From Candidatus Kapaibacterium sp. (GTDB lineage: Bacteria > Bacteroidota > Ignavibacteria > Kapaibacteriales > UBA2268): 64,000 nt of DNA. The position numbers and the translations under genes were made by a program. Position 1 is the first letter of the stretch. The number at the start of each line of letters is the position of its first letter. The stretch covers positions 2,880,001 through 2,944,000 of the forward strand of contig OY762428.1 of the NCBI GenBank assembly GCA_963665665.1, in the 5' to 3' direction. The notes beneath the pieces were generated by a model. The model searched no databases, had not been told where the DNA came from, and worked only from the letters and a program-made list of their open reading frames with translations. Shown here piece by piece: positions 21,901 to 29,223 of the stretch.

Positions 21901-24157
21901 GGATAGCCTCTACAAAACCAATAACATAATCCTTCGCTGTCCTGACTGCATATATCATTATCTGTACGCCTTTGGCAGCAGTCTCGAAGTAATTGCCAAT
22001 CAGCTTCAATACATCTCCAAGATTCTGAAATGTTCCGGCAGATTCATTTGAAACACCGGTCAGGCTCAGGAAAGTCTCAATGATAGTCGTTACATATGAA
22101 ATGGCAATTTCAACCGGAGCAATAAGCATCTCAAATATCAGTTCACCGTATTTTATCAGATAGCCGACTACTTCTTCGCCCATATCAAGAAATCCCTGTA
22201 TTGCAGGCTGAGCCCTGTCCCAAAGTTCCTCTGCTGCATCGCCCCATCTTTCAAGTATCTGCTGTCCTTTTTCTGTCTTGGTCAGGAAGAGTGTTATACC
22301 TGCCACTGCTGCAGCTGTTCCAAGCACCCAGGGATTTGTCATCATCGGTCCCAGCTTTGCAAGAATACCACCGCTCGACTGCATCTGTGCCGATAATCCT
22401 TTTAGTATCCCTCCGGTTTTATTGGCATTTTTGAATAGCGAAGTGAACTGTCCGGAAATTCCGGATAGTTGAGCTTTGATTTTATCTGCAGGAATGATAT
22501 TTCCTATCTGTCCGAATGTCATTACCATCGGGGCTATCTGATTTGATAAGGCTAACACTTGAGTAAAACCATCGCCGACAGCTCCGAAAAATTTAAAGAA
22601 TCCTGCTTCTATCTTATTTAAAACTCCCTGTACTTTGACACCAATCCCTTCATTTGCAATATCAAAAGCCCTCTGGGTAGAACCGATAGCATCAGTGGTA
22701 TAAGTGCTGAGAACATCTGCAAATTTCTCAGCATTTTCTCCTGACAAGGCAAGAGCGGCACCAGCAGCTTCAACAGAAGAGAAGACCTGGTTAGCTCTTA
22801 ATCCTGTCTCAGACATTGCCAAACCGAGTTTTTCAAGAGATACCTGTAAACCGTCTTTCTGCAATGAATCAAGTGAAACGCCAGCCTTTTCCATAATTGG
22901 CGCTAATGTAGCTCCCGGTTTGGCAAGTTCGACAAGGGCAGCACGAATCTGTGTTGTCGCCTGGGCAGTTGGAACGCCCTGCTGTGTCATAGTGGCAATG
23001 GCAGCCGTTACCTGCTCGAAAGATACCCCGAAAGATGCGGCTGTTGGAATCACATTGGATAATGAAGCATTGAGTTCGGGAATTGTGGTAACACCATTGT
23101 TCACAGTGTTGAAGAGGATATCAGAATATCTTTCTGCCTGATCCATAGATTCGCCATAGGCATTCAGGTTGGCAGCCAGTGATTTTATTGCAGCGTTAGT
23201 ATCGGTAAGGCCTGCAACGGCAAGCTTCGAAGCCTGCTCAACAAAACCCATACCTCCGGCAACATCAGCAATACCGTTGGTAACTTTAATAGCTCCTGCT
23301 GAGATAGCATTATAAATACCTTCGGTAACACCGGCAACGGTATCAGGAACTCCGGAAGCAAGTTCTATAGCTTTATCCCGGAACTCTTCAAAGTTCTTTA
23401 CACCGAGTGTTCCGATATTGCGGAGTTGTTTATCAAATTCCTTGTAGGGTCCGATGAATCTTTCAAAGGCATCTGTGATCTGCTGGACTCCCTGAACAGC
23501 AAGCCCGAATGTAGCCATCTTCTCGCCAAAGCTTTTCCCTGTGTTCTGGGCAGTCATTCCCATGGATTTGAGTTTTTTCTCTGCCTGGGCTATTTCCTGT
23601 TCCAGTTTATTATAGGCATCAGAGCCTTGCTTGCCTGAGTTTTTGAGAGCCTGTAAAGCTAATTTCTGCTTGCCGATAAGCTGTTCTGTTTCCTGCTTTG
23701 CCTGAAAGAATGAATCTGCAAGCTTCTCAATTTCCTGATTGAATTTATCGGCATCAAGATTTTCGAGAGCTATGTCAATTTCAGCAATATTCTTATCAAT
23801 TCCGGATTGTTCAAGCTCCTGAAAAGCTTTTTCAATATCCGACAGATCAATTTTGTCAATCTCTTTCATGGCGGATTCAATGTCTTCAAGAGCTTTTTGT
23901 GCTTCATCGGTATTCAGGTCAACATCAAGGGCAGAGAGGACTTTTTCGAGGTCTTCAGCTCCGTTTTCTGCTTCCTGAAGGAATTGAACAAGTTGTTTGA
24001 TTCCCTGCTTTGCTTCGGAACTGTTAAAATCTATATCTGGATTGATATTGCTGAGGATATTTTCTACATCCTTTGCCAGCTTTTCTACTTTGGATTTGTC
24101 TGATTTCAGGTCAACCAGAAAATCCAGCACAACTTGAAAATTCTTCTGCATTGCCAA
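18989..24157 (-). CDS. Phage tail tape measure protein (TP901 family)
   Basis: 1722 aa; core GIYNAISAG..ASKLAVAG..TVNNGVTTIPEL..AAIATMTQQG; long coiled coils. Confidence 0.92.
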   Translation of the reverse strand: MAMQKNFQVVLDFLVDLKSDKSKVEKLAKDVENILSNINPDIDFNSSEAKQGIKQLVQFLQEAENGAEDLEKVLSALDVDLNTDEAQKALEDIESAMKEIDKIDLSDIEKAFQELEQSGIDKNIAEIDIALENLDADKFNQEIEKLADSFFQAKQETEQLIGKQKLALQALKNSGKQGSDAYNKLEQEIAQAEKKLKSMGMTAQNTGKSFGEKMATFGLAVQGVQQITDAFERFIGPYKEFDKQLRNIGTLGVKNFEEFRDKAIELASGVPDTVAGVTEGIYNAISAGAIKVTNGIADVAGGMGFVEQASKLAVAGLTDTNAAIKSLAANLNAYGESMDQAERYSDILFNTVNNGVTTIPELNASLSNVIPTAASFGVSFEQVTAAIATMTQQGVPTAQATTQIRAALVELAKPGATLAPIMEKAGVSLDSLQKDGLQVSLEKLGLAMSETGLRANQVFSSVEAAGAALALSGENAEKFADVLSTYTTDAIGSTQRAFDIANEGIGVKVQGVLNKIEAGFFKFFGAVGDGFTQVLALSNQIAPMVMTFGQIGNIIPADKIKAQLSGISGQFTSLFKNANKTGGILKGLSAQMQSSGGILAKLGPMMTNPWVLGTAAAVAGITLFLTKTEKGQQILERWGDAAEELWDRAQPAIQGFLDMGEEVVGYLIKYGELIFEMLIAPVEIAISYVTTIIETFLSLTGVSNESAGTFQNLGDVLKLIGNYFETAAKGVQIMIYAVRTAKDYVIGFVEAIPELFSVLMDYAQYYLNPVNWISGDEEFENELSNRLNKAISGAMVKANATIAESKMDFALQNAMELKDDLDKNKKLDELVAKFQSAKTEIQKYNIAKELAKEVPNAVNGYKEIIDENGKVVQAIDLNIDKVKEYTKANEESYSNKLKSEQDAFAEALQEKVELYQKVSQEAENLANQIVEGLKKGEDVSDIKLKYSKLTQELKSQTLEMSKSLEDGAKIDIEFDKIKLPDKVEQQFSKQLYQLRNKAEDIVDVQEKSKKEAEAQAAAVDKLAEAWDNATSNVEKNLKSQLSAANEIYKQLQNKALSDEERKELKEQYNEAIRNLKDQAKEKKNLDKIDELNQIRAGLIVRQGKSALELAKEQADIKTKSLDLEMQNYEYVQKEKLLAEERKADDYDELLINQKQLETIKNQRLAWIEALKAKKLIGDVTSDGEIIFHAKVKEADKTEIRSVIQDFNEKILKEQAKIQELKLKLKADDLDMQDKLKELEQKKIDWEISIGIKDEDIYEGVVEEYQSKLSGLRDAIKSSNNEIIELNRQMNEELAQVSGENAEQEKERIRIQYGLKVRELRNQNLNLQNEEFETMQAIKDLEDRIYQSKLDELKKFEEGRIKEIEDKYKKEEELLNRFNEIYSSAGEKKISSDKDDALKKIESDEKAKIAELEKWRDMEAISAEEFEKRKAEIEASGRKKRAEKEEKYAKQQTIIESQRNGLELELQRRKDEENLNLQRQSLQDQLALLAEKAKAFDEAGKPIFDSKADREAYESLSSQLQNTESLLSQKADSIGLLVGGLQTTVTDSLTNLFAADPEAAAENWRKFFGQLAGMLQAKASAFVLDLILSPGTMEYLSALPFPANVVSIPVITAVVNAAVKAVTDPVISSILSFSSGGRIDEPTFALIGDATTLGGRNREWIFRDDQLIATVQMASAGANSQLLSEIRSLKAILAGQELKTTLKGSDIDIALKRSLNMRNKRGR

Positions 24158-24173
24158 CTCTTTCGTAAATATG

Positions 24174-24218
24174 GCAATGTATTTGATAGATGTGTATGAT
24201 TACAGGTATTTAATGCTT
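24174..24218 (-). promoter_or_regulatory. Putative phage late promoter, copy 1 (tape measure gene)
   Basis: Minus strand CATTAAATACCTGTAATCATAC-N12-TACATTGC; matches the five other copies. Confidence 0.6.
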
Positions 24219-24238
24219 GAATTAAATACAATTTATTC

Positions 24239-25531
24239 ATGATTATAATAAGAAAGATGAATAAACCTATACAGCTGTGGGAATATGATGAAATAACTGA
24301 TCCAAATTTACTTGAGATTCTTAAAAAAGAAATAAAAAAGAAAGAGTCTCATTATAAGGATTATTTTACTTTATCTTGGGGAAGCACTTTTAAACCCAAT
24401 GGATACTGTGGATCTTTTGCATTCAATGGAGAAACTTATAGCATCTTACCAAAAATTGAAGGAAAAGGAGATGATGACTGGGATGATGTAAGGAACCTCT
24501 CCTATCTTACTTATATGTTTCTAAAAGCCGAGAATATTGATTTAAAAAATGAAGACATTAGCAATGCTATGAATAGGGAAAGGCTTTCACTCTATGATGT
24601 CTTAATAAAAATATTTACGAACAAATTGCTACCAGAACTGCAAAAAGGTATTCATCGTGAATACGTAAGCAAACGTGATAATGTTAATAAGATCAAAGGC
24701 CGTTGGCTAGTTAGAAAGCATATTACAAAGAATTACTTCAATGAGAAAATATATTGTGAATTTGATGAGTTTTCCGAAAATAACCGGTTGAACAAGTTGT
24801 TTCTTTATGCCGCAAAAGTACTTAAACCACAAAGCCAAGAAACCAGGAAAGACTTGAGAAGAATTGAGTTGGTTCTTGACGAAGTTGAATATGAAGTAAT
24901 AGATGTAAAAAAATTCAATTATTCATTTCATCGAATGAATAAACGCTTTGAGAAATCAGCAAACCTTGCGTTATTATTACTTCGTTATTTACTCCCAAAC
25001 TTTTCTGGTGGGAGTAAGAATAGTTTTATATTCCTATTTAAAATGCACGATGTATTCGAAAGATTCATTGCTAATATTCTTAAGGATTTGGAGCCTGAGT
25101 TGGACGACAGAGAAGTATTAATTCAGCCCCCAAAATATGATAAAGATAACGATTTAAATATTAAACCTGATATGGTAATAAAGAAAGATGATCGGGTAGA
25201 ATTAATTATTGATACGAAATATAAGCTTTTTACAGGTAATCCTACACCAGGAGATAAATATCAGATGTATGCTTATGGTATGAGTTATGATTTTCAAAAT
25301 AATAGAAATCGCTCTATTCTTCTTTTGTACCCTGAGAAAGAAGGGAATGAACAAAAAGAAAGAGATTTTCATTTACAAGGAAATGTTGATGAAAGCCATG
25401 TTGATCTTTATGTCGAGAAGATAAATGTTAAGACTGATAGTAAGATTGTAGGTTTTGATCAATATATTAGTGATATAAAAGATAGATTGAAAGAAATTAT
25501 TGAATCACAAATAAATAGGTATAAAAAATGA
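24239..25531 (+). CDS. mcrC: McrC family nuclease subunit (cargo)
   Basis: ILPKI, CEFDEFSENN.LN, FKMHDVFERFI, IKPDMVI..IIDTKYK, D.YQMYAY, LLYP. Confidence 0.88.
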   Translation: MIIIRKMNKPIQLWEYDEITDPNLLEILKKEIKKKESHYKDYFTLSWGSTFKPNGYCGSFAFNGETYSILPKIEGKGDDDWDDVRNLSYLTYMFLKAENIDLKNEDISNAMNRERLSLYDVLIKIFTNKLLPELQKGIHREYVSKRDNVNKIKGRWLVRKHITKNYFNEKIYCEFDEFSENNRLNKLFLYAAKVLKPQSQETRKDLRRIELVLDEVEYEVIDVKKFNYSFHRMNKRFEKSANLALLLLRYLLPNFSGGSKNSFIFLFKMHDVFERFIANILKDLEPELDDREVLIQPPKYDKDNDLNIKPDMVIKKDDRVELIIDTKYKLFTGNPTPGDKYQMYAYGMSYDFQNNRNRSILLLYPEKEGNEQKERDFHLQGNVDESHVDLYVEKINVKTDSKIVGFDQYISDIKDRLKEIIESQINRYKK

Positions 25532-27246
25532 AATTTGAAGAAAAAGTTTTACTGCTTATAAATAGTGGTAATTATAATTATTTGGCTAATAGTGATGAAT
25601 TCTATTTCGAAAAAGCAGTGGAGCAGTTTCGAACATTTATGAAATTTGAAATAGATGATAATGAAATCAATGAATTAATTAATGAATTTAATGAAATAAA
25701 AGGATTCAAAGAATATTTAGATCAACTCGACAATGATTCAATTAAGTATAAACTTTTTAACCTTTTAGGTAAAGTAATTGCTCATATTGATTATCATGCT
25801 GCAAATAAATATGAATTAAACAGTTACAATGACAAGAGGGTTATTGCAAAATCAATGGTGAGACAAACCGACTGGATTAACCATTTACTAAAATATAAAT
25901 TATCAAACAACTTAAATGTTTTTTCAGAATCCACTAAAAATGCAGTTCTTTATTTAATGAACCCAGCTGAGAGAATAACCATTCTATCTGATAATCAAAG
26001 AAAAGCTATTTCAAAATCAATTCTTAAAACAACATATAACTCTGAATCATTTGACCAGGAGATTATCGAGAAAATCGGATTCCCCAAATCAAAAATTATC
26101 AATAATGATAACATTGGCTATATAACTTCAATAATGCTCTATTCTGATTTGAAAAATTATTGGCAACCTGATGAACACAGTAATAATTTACAACTTAATA
26201 ACGACATAAAAAAAGAAAATCTCTATCCAAAAAATATCATTCTATACGGCCCTCCTGGCACTGGTAAAACTTATCTTCATAAATATTTGATAAATCAACT
26301 TGAAAATTCTAAATCTGATTCTGATGTTTTCAAAGTAATTGATTCTCTTAAGAGTGTCCCAAAGGGTGAAAACTCTTTTATTGATGAGCTTGAAGATCGT
26401 TACGATTTTGTAAGTTTTCATCAGTCATATTCATATGAGGACTTTGTTGAAGGTTTTAGACCTGTCGCCCCAAAAAAGGTAAATATTAAAGAAAATGACA
26501 GTGATGAAGGTAATACTTCAAGTTTAAATATAGAATTAAGAAATGGTATTTTCAAAAAAATGGTTGATAAGGCTAAAAATAAAAAAGAGAATTATTATCT
26601 GGTAATTGATGAGATTAACCGCGGTAATATTTCTAAAATCTTTGGCGAATTAATTACCTTAATTGAAGAAGATAAAAGGTTGGGAGCTAAAAATGAATTA
26701 AAAGTGTCATTACCATATTCTTCTGACAAGAACGAAATATTTAAAGATTTTGGAGTACCTAAAAATCTATTTATAATCGGAACTATGAATACAGCCGATA
26801 AATCTATTGCTCAAATAGATGTTGCTTTAAGACGTAGATTTACTTTTGTCAGGATTGATCCCAGGCCGGATTTAATTGAGCCAAATCCTATTTCTAAAGA
26901 GGGATGGAAAAATTTAGATATTCGAGAAGAATATAAGTCAAATAATGATGATAGGAGCTATAAATGGACTACTGATCCAAAAGACCTACAAGAATGGTTT
27001 ATCAACCTCAATATATTTATTGAAAGTAAATTAGGAAAAGACTATCTAATCGGCCATAGTTATTTCATGAAAGTTGACTCTGATCAAGAGTTACAGTTTG
27101 TTCTTAAATACAAAATCATACCTCTCATGGAAGAATATTTCTTTAATGAGGATAAAAATACTATTGAAGATATTGCGAAGTATTGTAGCATAAGATTGAT
27201 AGAGAAAGAATTAACAAATCAAAATGATGATAAGAGTCCTGACTGA
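25528..27246 (+). CDS. mcrB: McrB family AAA+ GTPase with unrecognised N-terminal domain (cargo)
   Basis: YGPPGTGKT, FHQSYSYEDFVEG, IDEINRGN, GTMNTADKS, ALRRRF, GHSYF; ATGA overlap with mcrC. Confidence 0.92.
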   Translation: MKFEEKVLLLINSGNYNYLANSDEFYFEKAVEQFRTFMKFEIDDNEINELINEFNEIKGFKEYLDQLDNDSIKYKLFNLLGKVIAHIDYHAANKYELNSYNDKRVIAKSMVRQTDWINHLLKYKLSNNLNVFSESTKNAVLYLMNPAERITILSDNQRKAISKSILKTTYNSESFDQEIIEKIGFPKSKIINNDNIGYITSIMLYSDLKNYWQPDEHSNNLQLNNDIKKENLYPKNIILYGPPGTGKTYLHKYLINQLENSKSDSDVFKVIDSLKSVPKGENSFIDELEDRYDFVSFHQSYSYEDFVEGFRPVAPKKVNIKENDSDEGNTSSLNIELRNGIFKKMVDKAKNKKENYYLVIDEINRGNISKIFGELITLIEEDKRLGAKNELKVSLPYSSDKNEIFKDFGVPKNLFIIGTMNTADKSIAQIDVALRRRFTFVRIDPRPDLIEPNPISKEGWKNLDIREEYKSNNDDRSYKWTTDPKDLQEWFINLNIFIESKLGKDYLIGHSYFMKVDSDQELQFVLKYKIIPLMEEYFFNEDKNTIEDIAKYCSIRLIEKELTNQNDDKSPD

Positions 27247-27330
27247 AGAGATGTTTTATCAAAAATTGAGCAACATCATAATCCAAATGAATCAAGAAAA
27301 AAACTTACTATACTAAATAATCAATTTAAA

Positions 27331-27606
27331 TTGGAATATGGATCCCCAAAAAGGGAATTTCGAAGTAAAAAGTTTGACAATGAAAACGAATTAATAATAT
27401 ATTTAGCATACTTTCTCGAAAATGCTTATTGGGAAGAGATTAAAAGTGATAAACAAAATAAGACAAAATTTGAAATAAAACTCTCAAAAAATGAAGTTTT
27501 TGGAACAGGTTATTATGGATCTAAAGTTGATATTAATAAAACGAAAAAAGGTTTCAAAGCTGTATTAAATAGTCTAAAAATAATTGGATTAGACATGAAA
27601 AGGTAA
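27331..27606 (+). CDS. Hypothetical protein, in frame with mcrB after a single TGA
   Basis: TTG start only; the same frame is open from the mcrB stop (27247) to 27606. Confidence 0.45.
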   Translation: MEYGSPKREFRSKKFDNENELIIYLAYFLENAYWEEIKSDKQNKTKFEIKLSKNEVFGTGYYGSKVDINKTKKGFKAVLNSLKIIGLDMKR

Positions 27607-27622
27607 ATTAAAATAAACAGTT

Positions 27623-27647
27623 AGCAGAGCTTCGGCTCTGCTTTTTT
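27623..27647 (+). terminator. Rho-independent terminator of the mcr cassette
   Basis: AGCAGAGC-TTCG-GCTCTGCT followed by T-run. Confidence 0.85.
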
Positions 27648-27978
27648 ATTTACTAATCATCTGCTCAATACTATTCATCCCCTCCAAAAACAAACTCTGC
27701 CTAACTTCATTGTGTTTAGTAACATCCCCCTTAGCCAGAGCAGTAAGATACCAAATACCGATTCTCGCCCGGCTGAGACGGTGATAAAGTTCTCCGGGAT
27801 TGAAGCAGTTCTCTATTTTTTCCTGCTCCTCGATCAGCCTTCTTTGTCTAAGCTCCCTTGTACTGTCTTCTGAAAAATCGGCAACAACATTTCTATCCCG
27901 TTCTTCTTTCTTTCGCCTTGCAAGATCGCTGATACGAGAGGTTTCTTCCCGATACCGGTAAAAAAATCCGATACGCAC
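27646..27978 (-). CDS. Tail assembly chaperone T-part (likely -1 frameshift extension)
   Basis: Overlaps 27834-28307 in the -1 frame; this frame opens only a few codons before GAT TTT TTT. Confidence 0.6.
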   Translation of the reverse strand: MRIGFFYRYREETSRISDLARRKKEERDRNVVADFSEDSTRELRQRRLIEEQEKIENCFNPGELYHRLSRARIGIWYLTALAKGDVTKHNEVRQSLFLEGMNSIEQMISK

Positions 27979-28307
27979 TCCTTCAGGTTATTCAGGTGCT
28001 TAATAGGAAGTGATTTTATGAATTGTTCGGTTTCTATTTCTGCTTTGTCCTTGTTGAAAGGCTGTTTGGCATTATCTTTCATTTCTCTAAGCAGGTAACG
28101 GGCAACAATAGTCAGCCATTCCGCCCCTCCGGATTTTACAATCTGCCTGAAAGATTCCGCTCCGGCCTGCAACTGATTATACTTGAATTCCCCGGCTTCC
28201 CGGGCAAGTTCCGCCTGCTCAATAGTCAATTGGTAGAAGTCATATTTATATTTCTTTCCTTCATACTCAAATGTTTTTGCCTCGATCGGCTTGTGTTCTT
28301 CATTCAT
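27834..28307 (-). CDS. Tail assembly chaperone G-part (putative)
   Basis: Last-but-one late ORF before the tape measure gene; DFF slippery motif. Confidence 0.6.
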   Translation of the reverse strand: MNEEHKPIEAKTFEYEGKKYKYDFYQLTIEQAELAREAGEFKYNQLQAGAESFRQIVKSGGAEWLTIVARYLLREMKDNAKQPFNKDKAEIETEQFIKSLPIKHLNNLKECVSDFFTGIGKKPLVSAILQGERKKNGIEMLLPIFQKTVQGSLDKEG

Positions 28308-28810
28308 TAAAACAGTACTCCTAACAGTGCTTTAGTAAAATAGTTAGTTCTGATTATCAGCCTCGGGCGGTATTCAATGCTCTCGATCTCAAGATTCAGA
28401 ACCGGGTTCCTCAGTTCTATCCACATTCCCTTGTTCTTACTTGTATTGATGTATCCAGATGACGGTGGATTAATGCTCGAATCGCCAAGCATGAGAATGA
28501 AATGATAATATTTAACTCCCGGCGACCAGATGTTGTTCAATTCCTGTATTATGTCAGGCTCTCCATCCGGAACATTAATAAGAAGATTATGGGCAATATA
28601 TACAGTTACTGTGATTATGTATCCCAGAGTCCTGTTGTTCCTGTAATGATCCTGTCTCGTGACCGGAACAATGCTATATGAACTTTCGGCCTCAATATTA
28701 TGTATATATATTATATCCTCGATTCCGTCGCCATGCTTACAAATCCGGACACCGTTTATCGGTATCAGATTGATTTTTCCGGCAATATCTCTGAAATTTA
28801 TCGTCGCCAT
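28307..28810 (-). CDS. Phage tail-module hypothetical protein
   Basis: 167-aa ORF tightly packed in the tail operon. Confidence 0.6.
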   Translation of the reverse strand: MATINFRDIAGKINLIPINGVRICKHGDGIEDIIYIHNIEAESSYSIVPVTRQDHYRNNRTLGYIITVTVYIAHNLLINVPDGEPDIIQELNNIWSPGVKYYHFILMLGDSSINPPSSGYINTSKNKGMWIELRNPVLNLEIESIEYRPRLIIRTNYFTKALLGVLF

Positions 28811-28812
28811 AA

Positions 28813-29223
28813 TTATACCGGCTCCGCATAGCTGAATAAAAATGATATTTCCCTTAGTTCCTTGATCTCTTCGATATAGCTGAGAGGAAACCGCCCGGAT
28901 TCAGTCATAACCTGCACATAATCGCCCCAAGTGTCACTTTTATTTAATGCTATATACTTGAAGCCGGCTGACCAGAAATCCTGCAAGAATGCCAGTATAT
29001 CGGTATCTATTTCATCTGCAGATATGATCACTTCAACCTCTTTATGCTGATACAGTAGATGATTGAACTTTCTGCCATTAAGAAGGATTCCCTGTTCTTC
29101 GGAAGTATTGACAATTGGATCAGCACATTTCACTGTCTCGAATACATTCTGATTTGCTCCCTCTTCATCAAAAGTAAGACTGCTTAATTTGGTATCGCTA
29201 TATTTTAAAGCTATCTCTATCAT
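28813..29223 (-). CDS. Phage tail-module hypothetical protein (distal-tail-like size and position)
   Basis: 136-aa ORF, ATGA overlap with the upstream gene. Confidence 0.55.
   Translation of the reverse strand: MIEIALKYSDTKLSSLTFDEEGANQNVFETVKCADPIVNTSEEQGILLNGRKFNHLLYQHKEVEVIISADEIDTDILAFLQDFWSAGFKYIALNKSDTWGDYVQVMTESGRFPLSYIEEIKELREISFLFSYAEPV

Noticed and set aside
27244-27246. Alternative genetic code (TGA recoded)
   Set aside because: TGA is a normal stop elsewhere, including mcrC (ATGA overlap) and the portal gene
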